A DNA stretch of 64,000 nt. Origin: Octopus vulgaris. Taxonomy: Eukaryota. Under the pieces are notes generated by a model that was not told where the DNA came from, searched no databases, and saw only the letters and a program-made list of their open reading frames with translations. Positions 13,260 to 26,446 of the stretch are shown here, piece after piece. Every line of letters begins with the position of its first letter. Position 1 is the first letter of the stretch. The DNA is taken from the NCBI GenBank assembly GCA_951406725.2, contig OX597815.1, positions 205,716,001 to 205,780,000 on the forward strand, read 5' to 3'. Both the position numbers and the translations under genes were made by a program.

Positions 13260-13675
13260 TCTCTTTTACTCTTTTATTTGTTTCAGTCATTTGACTGCGG
13301 CCATGCTGGAGCACCACCTTTAGTCGAGCAAATCGGCCCCGGGACTTATTCTTTGTAAGCCCAGTACTTATTCTATCGGTCTCTTTTGCCGAACCGCTAA
13401 GTGACGGGGACGTAAACACACCAGCATCAGTTGTCAAGCAATGCTGGGGGGACAAACACAGACACACAAACATACACACACACACACACCCACATATATA
13501 TATACATATATACGACAGGCTTCTTTCAGTTTCCGTCTACCAAATCCACTTACAAGGTATTGGTCGGCCCGGGGCTATAGCAGAAGACACTTGCCCAAGA
13601 TGCCACGCAGTGGGACTGAACCCGGAACCATGTGGTTGGTTAGCAAGCTACTTACCACACAGCCACTCCTGCGCC
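13260..13675 (-). mobile_element. SINE family A copy
   Basis: Full length, head GGCGCAGGAGTGG on the minus strand. Confidence 0.9.
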
Positions 13676-13677
13676 TA

Positions 13678-13747
<70 letters not shown>

Positions 13748-15184
13748 CACACACACACACAGAAAAGTATTCGTTTAGAAAACACAAACAAAAGGTGTTA
13801 TGTTCTTTTTGGTATCTCAAATTACTAAAACTAATAACGATTACATGTAATGAATATGGAAGATGACAGTTGCCGAAGCGGGTGGAATCTGAGGATGAAG
13901 GAGGCCAAGTAAGATATGGAACATAAACAGAGCTGCAACTTGTGGTAAAGTGCTAGGTTACAGAGATCTCAGCCAACCTATGTAAGCAAAGTAAAACAAA
14001 TGTAAAAAAATTATGGTAAAGGTAATGTAGACTGGGATGTAGAGAATCTACACTTGGGGTCACTCCCAACCATTAAGTCTCCATGCACTGCTCTCTTCCT
14101 CTTCCTGTTACTCTCATCTACCACTCACCCCCTTTCCCATCAATGTGCCCTTCTACTGTCACTATCTACAATCACCTATGTCATCAAGGATGGCCTCACA
14201 CTGGATCTGTCGGTATTCATTCAGCTTCCCCACTTATTACCTCATCCTCATTGCTTGTCATCTTTCTTTCTCTCTGATCCTTCTTTTCCCTGTCACTCAC
14301 TGAAACCCATCAATTTTACCAACACCCATCTTCACTGCTATCCATCACTCCTCAAATTACTCCTGCCCCTACCATTCACTGACATCGCTCTCTCCTTCCA
14401 AGTACTCACTTCTAGTACTCCGATCCTATCACCATATCTCCTTCTTATGGCCACCATGCAGCTCATGCTATTTCTATTGAATTTTCTAACAAACCATCCT
14501 CGTGAAACTGTCTCACTTCCTCTTTGTTCTCTATCACCCCCCAGTTTGGGTCCCCTTTCATTTCTATCTACAAGGTAACGCTCTGGTATTGGAGATAACT
14601 CTTCAGTGCTAGGGGAGACGCTTTAGTTTTGCCAAGGACAATATAATCATCCAAGAGTTGGTGCCATGAAAAGATGCATCAAATACACACTGTAAAGTGG
14701 TTGGTGATAGAAAAGACATCAAGCCATAAAAACCATGCCCAATGCAGTCCTGTGTGTCATCAGATCATGCTGGAGCATCCAACTCAAGTCACATGAAAGA
14801 CATGTTAAACCATGATGATGATGATGATGTAGTCCTAAGTTAATTCATCATTATGAAGGACAAGTTACTACATAACATCCAAGACCCTGTTATATTTCGC
14901 ATTTAATATGCAAAACATTCCCCTCATATTGTTTGTAGCTATATCAAATGTCCCTATGTTCCCCTCTTGCCAAGCTATCTACACACATAGACAAACATAG
15001 AAGATCTCCATTATTTGATAATGGTACTTCAGTTGTCCAAATCAGCTGAATAACTACTACTGAATTAATGTGAAGGGGCTGAACCTTCCACAAACACATG
15101 TACTCTTAATGTAATTCACAAGAAGAAGAAACATGACACAGAGTGTGGTAAAGATGTACCTTTTGAATAACAGGTACAATCTGA

Positions 15185-15658
15185 CCGTAGCCAGTACCGC
15201 AACGACTGGCCTCCGTGCTGAGGGCACGTAACAAACACCATCCGAGCGTGGCCGTCCGCCAGCCTCGTCTGGCACCTGTGTCGGTGACACATAAGAAAAC
15301 ACCATCCGAGCGTGGCCGTCCGCCAGCCTCGTCTGGCACCTGTGTCGGTGACACATAAGAAAACACCATCCGAGCGTGGCCGTCAGCCAGCCTCGTCTGG
15401 CACCTGTGTCGGTGGCACATAAAAAACACCAACCGAGCGTGGCCGTCTACCAGCCTCGTCTGGCACCTGTGTCGGTGGCACATAAAATCACCCACTACAC
15501 TCTCGGAGTGGTTGGCGTTAGGAAGGGCATCCAGCTGTAGAAACACTGCCAGATCTGACTGGCCTGGTGCAGCCTTCGGGCTTGCCAGACCCCAGTTGAA
15601 CCGTCCAACCCATGCTAGCATGGAAAGCGGACGTTAAACGATGATGATGATGATGATG
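15185..15658 (+). mobile_element. Family B copy with four ~64-bp tandem units
   Basis: Units start at 15241, 15305, 15369 and 15432; (GAT)n tail. Confidence 0.85.
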
Positions 15659-16382
15659 AATTGAGCTGGTAGGCTTGAATACAGTTTCTGCCTATCCAAT
15701 TTCATTCACAAGTTATGGATTAGCTCAAAGCTGTAGACAGATTTGCTCAATGTGTCAAAGTGGAATCAAACCCGAGACCTCTTGGATGCAAAGCAAAATT
15801 CTTAACCATTTGGCCATACTGCATCTACATATATATCATCATTTAATGTCCATGTTTGCATGTGTTGGATGGTTTGACAGGATCTAATGGGTCCAACTAC
15901 TGCATCATGCCTCAATATCTCCATTGGCAATGTTTTCTACGATGGAAGCCCTTCTTAAAACACACACACTTTGCTAAGGCATTGCAATGCTAATAACCTG
16001 ATGTAGAACTCAATATACACTGTTTCTGAACGAAGTGTTAGTAGAGTACAGAGCAGTAATAAAAAATGAGAGGACAAAGGAATAAACAACTATCTTGTGA
16101 ACTTCATTAGCTTACAGCTGTTTCTGCTACAATATGCAGTGCACTTATAGTTGAGTGCCTCAATAACACCTTATAGCTTCAGAGCTTCAAATGTGAATGT
16201 AATTTATTTGGGAGAAACAATTACATTTATGCATATACACAAAAAAAGCATTACAATGAGAAAACCTGTATATGGCTTTTAAACTCCAGGTCTATTGTAT
16301 TTATTGCACAAAAGTTCTAGTTAACTGATTTTACTTGAGTTGTTTTGCTTGCTTACTTTAGATTTGCATCCTACCTCTAGAG

Positions 16383-16585
16383 CAGTGCTTTTCAACCTTT
16401 TTGCTGGAGCGGAACCCCCAAAGAAACATTCCACTGGCTCGAGGAACCCCTGTGCAATAATTTAATAGTCTTATGCACACATATCTGCACAGGAGAATTA
16501 AAAAATTACTGCCGATTTTAGCAGTTTTGTAACTTCTTGCGGAACCCCTGGACTGTACTGGCGGAACCCTGGTTGAAAACTACTG
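16383..16585. mobile_element. hAT (Charlie-like) MITE
   Basis: TIRs CAGTGCTTTTCAACC / GGTTGAAAACTACTG; 8-bp TSD ctctagag / ccctagag (7 of 8 match). Confidence 0.88.
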
Positions 16586-17708
16586 CCCTAGAGGAATATT
16601 TTGTCTACTAACTACTTGGATTAATTTAGTTGACCAATTTACAATGCTAGTAAAACAGGCAACACTCCTACATCATCAAATAAATGATTAACAACAGCAA
16701 GAGTGTTCAGCAGTAATACAATTGCTTAAAAAAGAGAAAAGAAATCCTACAGACATTGAATGATGATTATGATAAAAACATTTTATATATATATATGTAT
16801 ATATATAAGTATTTGTAAGTATCTGTAATTAACAATACTTAATTGTGTCTCATATGCATTATTTAAATATATAAAAAGGCAAATTCCATGGCTATTGTCA
16901 ATAGATAAGTACTCGGGGAATAATATAAACAGTTAAATACCTCAGATAAGTAAATGTTTTTATTAAGTTTGCCTTGCTGTAACAAAAATAAATTATGCAG
17001 CTGACCATCACAAGCTCTCCAACGCCTAAATACCACTTTTAGAGTTTCTATTTATGAATATGGGGGTGGGGTGGAGATTGGAATAATAATAATAATAAAT
17101 AATAATAAATAATAAATAATAATAATATAATAATAATAATAATAATAATGGAATCAAAATGAGTGGTCAGTCAACGCTGAGATTAAAATAAATTATTCCT
17201 AAAACACACAAAATATAAGCAGAGCTATATCTCATGTGAAGTTTCAGATTAGGCAGATATTGGAAACAAATTCATTATTTGAATGGGCTTCATAAAAAAT
17301 TCAGAATGCAATAACTGGATCTTGCCTGAAACTGAATAGGTTTGCAGCAATGATAAAATCTTTCAAACATTACACAGTTGAGTTGGCAGTGATCTCAACT
17401 GTGCATTATCATGCATTAATCCATCAGCAGCTAATTGAACGTAGCATGTCTAAACCACAAATGATATGAAGCTAAATGGTAGAATGGAGCTAAACTAATT
17501 ATCAGAAGCATACATCCTTCAGCATTGTCGCATTTATTAACATTTCCCATGATATTTCGATTCTAGTCAGCTACATTACATACGGAGAGGAGGGAAAATT
17601 AAGCAAAGAACTAGTTCTTTATCTGCAGCTGTACAACTCTTTCCTTTATATTTTGACTGAGGACTTCCTACTCTTCTCAGGCATAGAAATATTCTTCATC
17701 CAGAAACT

Positions 17709-17917
17709 TTACTTACTCTTTTTACTCTTTTACTTGTTTCAGTCATTTGACTGCGGCCATGCTGGAGCACCACCTTTAGTCGAGCAAATCGACCCCGGGA
17801 CTTATTCTTTGTAAGCCCAGTACTTATTCTATCAGTCTCTTTTGCCGAACTGCTAAGTGATGGGGACGTAAACACACCAACATCGGTGGTCAAGCAATGC
17901 TAGGGGGACAAACACAA

Positions 17918-17962
<45 letters not shown>

Positions 17963-18127
17963 TACGACGGGCTTCTTTCAGTTTCCATCAACCAAATCTA
18001 CTCACAAGGCTCTGGTCGGCCCGAGGCTATAGCAGAAGACACTTGCCCAAGATGCCATGTAGTGGGACTGAACCCGGAACCATGTGGTTGGTAAGCAAGC
18101 TACTTACCATACAGCCACTCCTGCGCC
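17709..18127 (-). mobile_element. SINE family A copy
   Basis: Full-length match to the family. Confidence 0.9.
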
Positions 18128-19160
18128 TATTGAATCTTCATATTACATTTTACTAATGTAACTGTTATGATGGTTACTGCTATGTACCTCATCTAAAAAG
18201 ATAGTATTTTCTTAATTTCCGAAATTAATGTTGATGCAGAAGTGGAAATTATGTTCTTTTACTAGCAAATGTGAATTACATTGGTGAAGTAAGTACCGAT
18301 TATCTAATGTTTCAAGTATAACATTAATTGAGATCATGCCTATATCATGGAAAGGTATACATTGTTGAACAGTGCTTAAATAAAAGCAAAGATATTAAAC
18401 TACTCTCATTGTCTCTCAGCCTAAGCAGACGTGATGACAACACTAGATGTACTTTGGTTGTCTTAGACCTTCACAGTGGAGTGTAATTATTCAAACGGTT
18501 GCTATGTCATAGAAGGAATTCCATTGCTTGAATAACTTCATTATTGAATAAGTGCCATATTTTCTGGCATTCAAGTTCAATTATTCAGAGCAAAATTCAC
18601 AGCCAAAGATGGTACATTGACAGGCACCAAGATCACTCTGAAGGGCCAAAAATTCCACGTGAAATGCAGCGGGATATGGAAAGATAGTGATGATGTTTGA
18701 ATGTTTATACTATATACTACATTGACTTGTATGTCAGAAAACAGTATTTCAAGCAAAAATTAATTCCAAATTCACAGAAACATAGCTGCATCGGTAAACG
18801 TTAAAAGATATTAATTAAAACATTAGCAATGCAGCAACAAAACTCTACAAAACATTTACTTTTATAAAACGGGGTATATTATATTTCACTGCTTATATAG
18901 CCTGAATTAAGTATACAATGACATCCATTAGCTATAGACATTCATTAAGATGATGCTTTTGGAAACTTACAGTTTCAAATTAAACAAATGATTTATCATC
19001 AAAATACAGATATATTATAAAAGATCACTTGGATATAATACAACACAAAGTTGTTCTTGCATTAACCAAGATTCCTGTCATTTTTCAGAGACTTCAGAAT
19101 TCTTGACAGGTACGATTTCTATTTTTCACATTAGGTTATTAGCAATTGATGATATGAATT

Positions 19161-19435
19161 TCATCATCATCATCATTGTTTAACGTCCGTTTTCCATGCT
19201 AGCATGGGTTGGACGGTTCAACTGGGGTCTGGGAAGCCAGAGGGCTGCACCAGGCCCAGTCTGATCTGGCAGTGTTTCTACAGTTGGATGCCCTTCCTAT
19301 ACCAAACACTCCGTGAGTGTAGCGGGTCCTTTTTACGTGCCACCTGCACAGGTGCCAGACGAGGCTGGCAAGCGGCCACAATCAGATGGTGCTTTTTATG
19401 TGCCACCGGCATGGGGGCCAGACAAGGCTGGCAAG
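19161..19435 (-). mobile_element. Family B copy
   Basis: (CAT)n + gtttaacgtccg...gatgcccttcct. Confidence 0.8.
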
Positions 19436-20319
19436 ATTTATAATTTCTTATAAGAATATAACATTTCAGAGACAATGGGATTACTCTTTTCACACTTTAC
19501 TAAAATAATTAAAAGTGCAAATCATGTGGATAATAAATGATTTGTATTTCTTATTAACTTAGTAAAGTATGAACATAGCAGAGGGTTGCAAAATCTAAGC
19601 CCAAAACTTACCACTGTTGGTTCGATGACTAAACTTGCAACAAAAGCATTTTTTTAAATAAACAGATGTCCTTACTACTGACAATAGAAGCTGAAATTCT
19701 CTCTCAGGAAATCAAGCATAAAAGGAAAACTAAATCAATAACCTAATTTAGTTTCACTAGTGGCCTAAGTAGTATTTTTTTTCCCCAGATATTCTAAATT
19801 GCTTGCAAATAAATTTTTAGATTAAGTTCTTTCTACACAAAGCAAGCATGATTAAGAGGATGCTATATTTATTTTCAGTTAGAGTGAGATAAGCTGATGT
19901 ACTGAGTGAACAGAAATAAAGACATGAGGTAAAAAAAAAAAAAAAAAAAAAAATCAGTGAAAAATCACAATTTTGGCTGGGTGGGGGAAGCCGCAAGAGA
20001 AATGCCTCATTTTGTTAGAATACCATAAATAATAGTTAAAGTTGTTATTTTAAATCATTAATAATACATGATTTGTAGACAATAACAAAATTTATATATA
20101 AATAGCATTACACATAGACAAAAGTTATTCAAAATCAGAAAACAATGAGAATAATAATAAAAAAAAAAAAAAAAAAATTAAATCAGTTATTTATTGAAAT
20201 TTTCCTGTTTATTTTATTTATTTTTTTCAACACAACAAATGAAGCAGAGTACCAGCTAACAAGACATTTTAACCAGGAAAGGGTTAATTTTGTTGACATT
20301 TTAATGTCAACAACATTAA

Positions 20320-20504
20320 CCCTTTAACTGTGAAATAAAATTTTATGGCTATTCCAGTAATGTAGTTTTATATCTAACAAAAAATAAAAGGGATATTTTC
20401 CGCAAGGGATACTATCTCAAACTGGACAATAAAAATAGTTACAAACATGACGTTCTTCAACAGAAGAGAGATGGGTATATAAAACTTCTTTTCACAGTTA
20501 AGGG
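20320..20504. mobile_element. piggyBac-like MITE
   Basis: TTAA-CCCTTTAACTGTGAAA...TTTCACAGTTAAGGG; homologous to 8608-8789. Confidence 0.6.
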
Positions 20505-21006
20505 TAAAGAAATTTTAAGCGGATATATCCACTAGCATAGCTAGAGTGTGTGCCACCTGGGGCGGCCCTTCAATTTGATGCCCTTGGGCCCCCACAAAAA
20601 ATACATATACAGTAGACTCAAAGGTTGTGCCACCTCCATTAAAGTGTCACCCACGAAGTGGGGACCTGCTCCCTCTGCCCCTCCCCCTTAGCCATACTAG
20701 TGTATGTATCTGATTTCTGTAGTAAAATAGTTAATCTATCTGTTAAGTACCTACTAAGTTCTTCTGTGACATTTAGTTTCATGAACATACACACTCACAA
20801 AGTAAAACTCCATTTCTTATCAAACCATTGTTTTAACCAAAATACAAAATTGAATAATTATTAGCAACCATCATGTCAAAGCAATATTCACACTCCCTTT
20901 CAAGTTACGTTAAATAACAGTAATTTTAAAAGAGAAAACAAGTTAACCAACACATCTACGTAAGTGACCTACTTTCTTTTGATGACAGTTGCAAACAACC
21001 ACCTGC

Positions 21007-21052
<46 letters not shown>

Positions 21053-22582
21053 ATGCGTTTAGAAGATTCTACTGTTTCAACTATCTCAAAAACCAACTGT
21101 CTGTTTTCTTCAATTTAAAAAATTTTTTAAAGACTAATAAGAATAATATCAAAGTTGAATATATATGTCCACACACGCAATATTTTCTGAAGTCATGTTA
21201 CGTAAAAAAGAAATTCTATTTTCACAAATTCAACAAGGCTTCTGTAGTTACTCACAAGGCTAATAGTTGTAGTGGATGGGTAAATAAACCCTAGAATATA
21301 ACTGGCATTTAATTTATTGAAAGCTGAGACTGAAACAGATATGCGACAATGGCAGAATCTAAATTTAGAAAGCAGACAAGACAAAATTAAACTAAAGAAT
21401 TTAGTGCACCCCACAACCCAACACATTTAATGGGAAAGTAGCCTGTTAATGGCAGTGATTTTGTCACCGTAATGATTGTATAACCTAAATTTCCTTATCT
21501 TCGTCACATGCTTGTTTTTGTAAAAATATATTTCTAGTGCCTGACTCATGAAAAAATTAAGACAAAACAAATGTTTGAAAATTCTTAGAAGCTTGTTGCT
21601 TAGATTTTACAAAAGGTAAAACTTCAAAAATTACAATAGTTTACTCTAACTTGTTTCAGTAATAGGACTGTGGCCATGCTGGGGCACTACTTGGCCATGC
21701 TGAGTTCCAGGAATGTAACTTATTGAGAATTGTTTTTTTTTTTTTTATCTTTTCCCTCTCTTTTGGCAAGCAATCTAAACAATAACCTTTTTGATCATGG
21801 ATTGTACAAAAAGAGCAATGTGGAATAGCGAGGACTGATTAGTTTTGCAAATGGTAAGGACAACTCACAGTGCTGGAGTTCTGATAAAATACACCCAGAC
21901 TCAGCACACATTGTAAAATTGTTGGTACCCAGCTATAGAACCATCTAAGAGACAAATAACTTGAAATTAAAACTGGCTTGGACTGTGACCACCCCCTCCA
22001 ATCCAATGCCAGCACTGGAAGTAGAGATAATGGTGATTCTTAATGTTTAATGAAAAATATCTATTAACATTCCAATAAAAACTATCTTGTTAAATAAAGC
22101 ACTGAATTTTAAGCCATTAAGAGCCTCTGTTAGTCACTTGGCTTGCAAGAAAGTTAAATCTTTAAATTACACTCTAAGCCATGTCTTAAAAAGCAAAATG
22201 GCCATGGCTAGAATGCCAGATCATAAGATCTGCTCAATCAGGGGTGACCTGAGGTTAAAATGTGCAAACGGTAGGAACCACAGGACCTAACTCAGTTTTG
22301 GTTTACTGGTCAAAATTATCAATGGTCTACATTCTGACATTGCTAAATGACTCAGTGCACTTGGCTGTAAACAGGTTACATGCCATCAGTACAAGCCCTG
22401 GTAAATATTCTGAGTGTATGATTCACTTGCAGAGCTGAGCAAAAGTCTTACCATGGCCATTTAAAGGAGTTAAATGCCTTTTCTATGCCCATGCAAGATC
22501 GGTCAAGGTTTACAAAGCTGACCAATACTACTGATTTAAATAGAAATGTCTAAGCCTACAAAGAACATGGATGTTGCACATA

Positions 22583-22832
22583 CATCATCATCATCATCAT
22601 TTAGCATCCGCTTTCCATGCTAGCATGGGTTGGACGGTTCAACTGGGGTCTGGGAAGCCAGGAGGCTGCATCAGGCCCAGTCTGATCTGGCAGTGTTTCT
22701 ACGGCTGGATGCCCTTCCTAACGCCAACCACGCCGTGAGTGTAGTGGGCGCTTTTTACGTGCCACCAGCACAGGTGCCAGACGGAGCTGGCAAACGGCCA
22801 CGGACGGATGGTGCTTTTTACGTGCCACCGAC
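22583..22832 (-). mobile_element. Family B copy
   Basis: Same 3' end as the other copies. Confidence 0.8.
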
Positions 22833-25415
22833 ATTTGAATAAAAAAAAAAAACTGAAGAAAAAAAAACAAACTTTCCAGGTTGGTTAGGCCTGCTGTGCA
22901 GCACATTATCACTTGTTAATATCTACACCAATTTCTCTTAAAGGCACCGTCAACTAATCAATACAAAGCGCTTTTCCACCCAGTATTTATTATCCATTCA
23001 CACATGTCCCGGCTGAGTCATTTCTATTGCACATATCAGCTGTCACCTTTAATGCACAACCACTTTTTCAACTCACTTTCATGCAAGCTACAATGCTGAC
23101 ATATTATGTTCCACACTGAATAGTAACGTCTCTCTGCTATGCAGCATCACTTCTTAAACATGTCAGGAGAAGGAGAACATGCTGTTTAGCCAAGCTACAA
23201 TAATTTTACTACAACGACCTTCAGCACTATGTCGGTTGTGGAAGTAACAGAGACCGTCCAGTAGTATATCTATTACACCATTTCAATAGTAAAAGTGATT
23301 TCAAAAGAACTGTACATCTGCTAGTTGGATTTAAGAGATTTAAATGAGCCAGTGAAGAAGTCTCTATGTAGTTGCTCAACCTTCTAGAAATAGCAGCCAA
23401 CTCTCCTTCACATCATATCATCTTAAATGAAGAATACATTGAACAATGCAAAAATGATGGGCTGGTCAAGACTGGAATGCCTTTGATTACAAGTCGACTC
23501 AATGAGAGGTGACTTGGGGTTATAGAAGAGATTGAAAGCAAAACACCTAAATCTTTAAAATATTTACAAACAATGAATAAAATTTCTATAATCAAGCTTT
23601 TAAACATATACAGATTAATTATAAGTATCAAACCCATTGAAATTAATCACATAATTGTTAGTATTATCATCCCATCTGCTCAACTTATGTTCGTGTCCTC
23701 AAAATATAATATTAAGCACATTAGTCACTGTCACCTTTGTCTATATAAATTTCCTATTGATGAATATACTAATTAGCTTCATTTCCAATTGCATTGTCAA
23801 TTGTGTGACAACCTTTATTACTCTAATTTTACAAAGCAGTTGTCTATTTCTAGAGCCAATAAGTGATGAAAATCATACATATACACCCATTACTCTATTG
23901 CCAGGTTTTATGTATGGTCAATGTCTCCTTGTGGATACTATTATTAGCTGTCCTTTAAATTTTCTATTTATTATAATCAGGCTCATATATTTTATTCAGT
24001 TCACATAATAAAACAGATTAATGTATATAGTGTACTGTACAGTGAGATTCAGCATTCTGGTTGGACTGTTGGGAAATTAAAAGATGGGAATGACATCCAA
24101 ATGGTTTTGTGAAGGATGAAGTAAAGGAATTTAAGGTCAGGATGAGTGTATTCATGGTTCCGACTCCAACATTCCTTGTGCATTGAGAAGAGAAAGGAGT
24201 GAAGTTGCCATTTGTACCCTATTGATATCACAAAAACATTACAAGTACTCTTTATAATTTGGTATGTTGAATATTCAAATACAAAATTTTCCACATATTT
24301 TGAAGAGCAATGTAGAAGAAGCATAAAATACCAAAGAACTATGGTGATGCATAAAGCATAATGTGACACTTTCACCAATATTAGGTTCAATGGGTGTAGT
24401 GGATGTGATGCAATACATGCTGATCTGTCCTACGTAATTTTCAATCATTATATCCCAACCTGAACTTAAGGTCGGGAACATTGTATTTTTGCCTTTAGCA
24501 TGATAATATCATTGAGTTATGCCTGTCCCTCACAATGAGGTTATTCCTATCATAGTGATATTTAATCATTATATTAGGATAGTATAGGCAGATCTGAGAT
24601 GGAGCTAGTTTGCATTGGTCTGCATTAATGGGCTGTTAACCTATTTATTTTAAATGAGAACTGGTTATTAACTTTCATAGCAAGTAGTTTTTACCATAGG
24701 AAAATTTAATCTATTTATTTTCACCATAAATACTACTACTACTACTACTACTACAATTTTTGCAGCAGTAATTCTCACTGTAAACATTTCTGCACTTAAA
24801 TTTTTACAGCAAGATACATTTGTCATGATTTGAAAGTAATTAAATAAATAAAAACAAAAGGTATCTCATTATTTGAACTTTCAGTTTAGTTAGCAACCTG
24901 CATGTTAGAAACAAAATTCTTTATTTGTCAAAGAAGCAAAACTACAATTACAAATCCAGTTTAAAGTATTGTGGGTTGAAAGCAAAATGGCACAATTACA
25001 CCCACAAGCATTCAGAGATCTTAAAGCTGTTTCATTTATGTCAGAAGGATTCTTCTGAGGCTTACGGTCATAAATCCTGTCAACAACATTACTGTACATC
25101 TAAATTCCATTATTGAATGCAATATTGAAGTTTTAAAAAAATTTCAGTATACCATTATTTTCTACATTTAATGTTTTCCATGCTGGCATGGGTTGGATGG
25201 CTTGACAGGAACTGGCAAGGCCAGGGGCCTGCACAAGGTTCCATAGCCTGTTTTGGCTTGGTTTCTACAGCTTGATGCCCTTGCTAATACCAACCACTTT
25301 ACAGAGTGCATTGGATGCTTTTTACATGGTACCATCACCAGTGCTTTTCATGTGGCACCAGCATCCACACCAATGATTTTTCCCCACTACTATACTAAAT
25401 GTTATTTCTCCCTTA

Positions 25416-25775
25416 TTATTACTTATCTGTTTCAGTCATTAGACTGTGGCCATGCTGGGGCACCAGCTTGAAGAATTTTAGTTGAATGAATCAACCCCAG
25501 TAATTATTTTTCTAAAGCCTGATACTAATTCTATTAGTCTCTTTAACTGAACTGCTAAGTACAAGGGACATAAACACACCAACACCAGTTGTCAAGTGCT
25601 AGTGGTGGACAAACATATTTGATAAGCTAGTTTCTGTCTACAAAATCCACTCACAAGGCTTTGGTCAGCGCTAGGCTATGGTAGAAGATATTTGCCCAAG
25701 GTGCCATGCAGCTGGGCTTGAACCCAGAACCATGTGGTTGGGAAGCAAACTTTCCTACCACACAGCCATGCTTGC
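25416..25775 (-). mobile_element. Older diverged SINE family A copy
   Basis: Colinear with the family but with many substitutions. Confidence 0.75.
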
Positions 25776-26446
25776 ACCAACACCAATGTCAGCTAAAAGC
25801 AATTAATTCACTGAAGCATCATATCATTACATGTTTTCTTTGTTCTGTTATTATCTTCAGTTATTTTTTTAAAGACTATTTGAGAATTTTTTTTTTAATC
25901 TATAGCGAGTTTCATTTCATATTTTATACACGAATAACAGCCAAACAAGCATTTACAATGTCTGGCTTCCAGTCACATGCGCAATCAACTACTCCCCATC
26001 TTTGAAACAGAACATTAATAATGTTGGCAGCGACTGTAATAACAATTATTAGTGATTGTTGTTGCTGCTATGCTTTTATCACTGGATAAAATTACGTAGT
26101 TAATATTAACATATTTCATTAAAAAATGCTAACTACAAATAATAAGTAAAAAAAAAAAAAAATTGTTAGTAAAATAGCTTAATTATTTCAGATAACACAA
26201 AAGACAATCCAAACATGTTTGAGTCTTATGACCTCATTAACAATGTATAGATTTTGCAATATTTGTCAAAGCATATAAAAATCATCAAATATATGATTGC
26301 ATACTAGTTGGTATAAGAAAATAGAATTGTTTCCAGGATAACCTAAGCATGCCATCTGCATGAAAAACAATTTGCATGGCACAGACAACTAATTCACAAA
26401 AAGAACTCATCCAAAATCGTTTACTTCAATCCATACTGTACGCATA

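Noticed and set aside
14054-14578. 174-aa L/S/P-rich ORF
   Set aside because: It lies in CT-rich degenerate repeat sequence between old retroelement fragments, and the composition explains the lack of stops.
23573-24481. Cluster of 67-117 aa ORFs that might be a nested gene in the 18-kb intron
   Set aside because: No recognisable domain or consistent exon chain; cannot be supported without a homology search.
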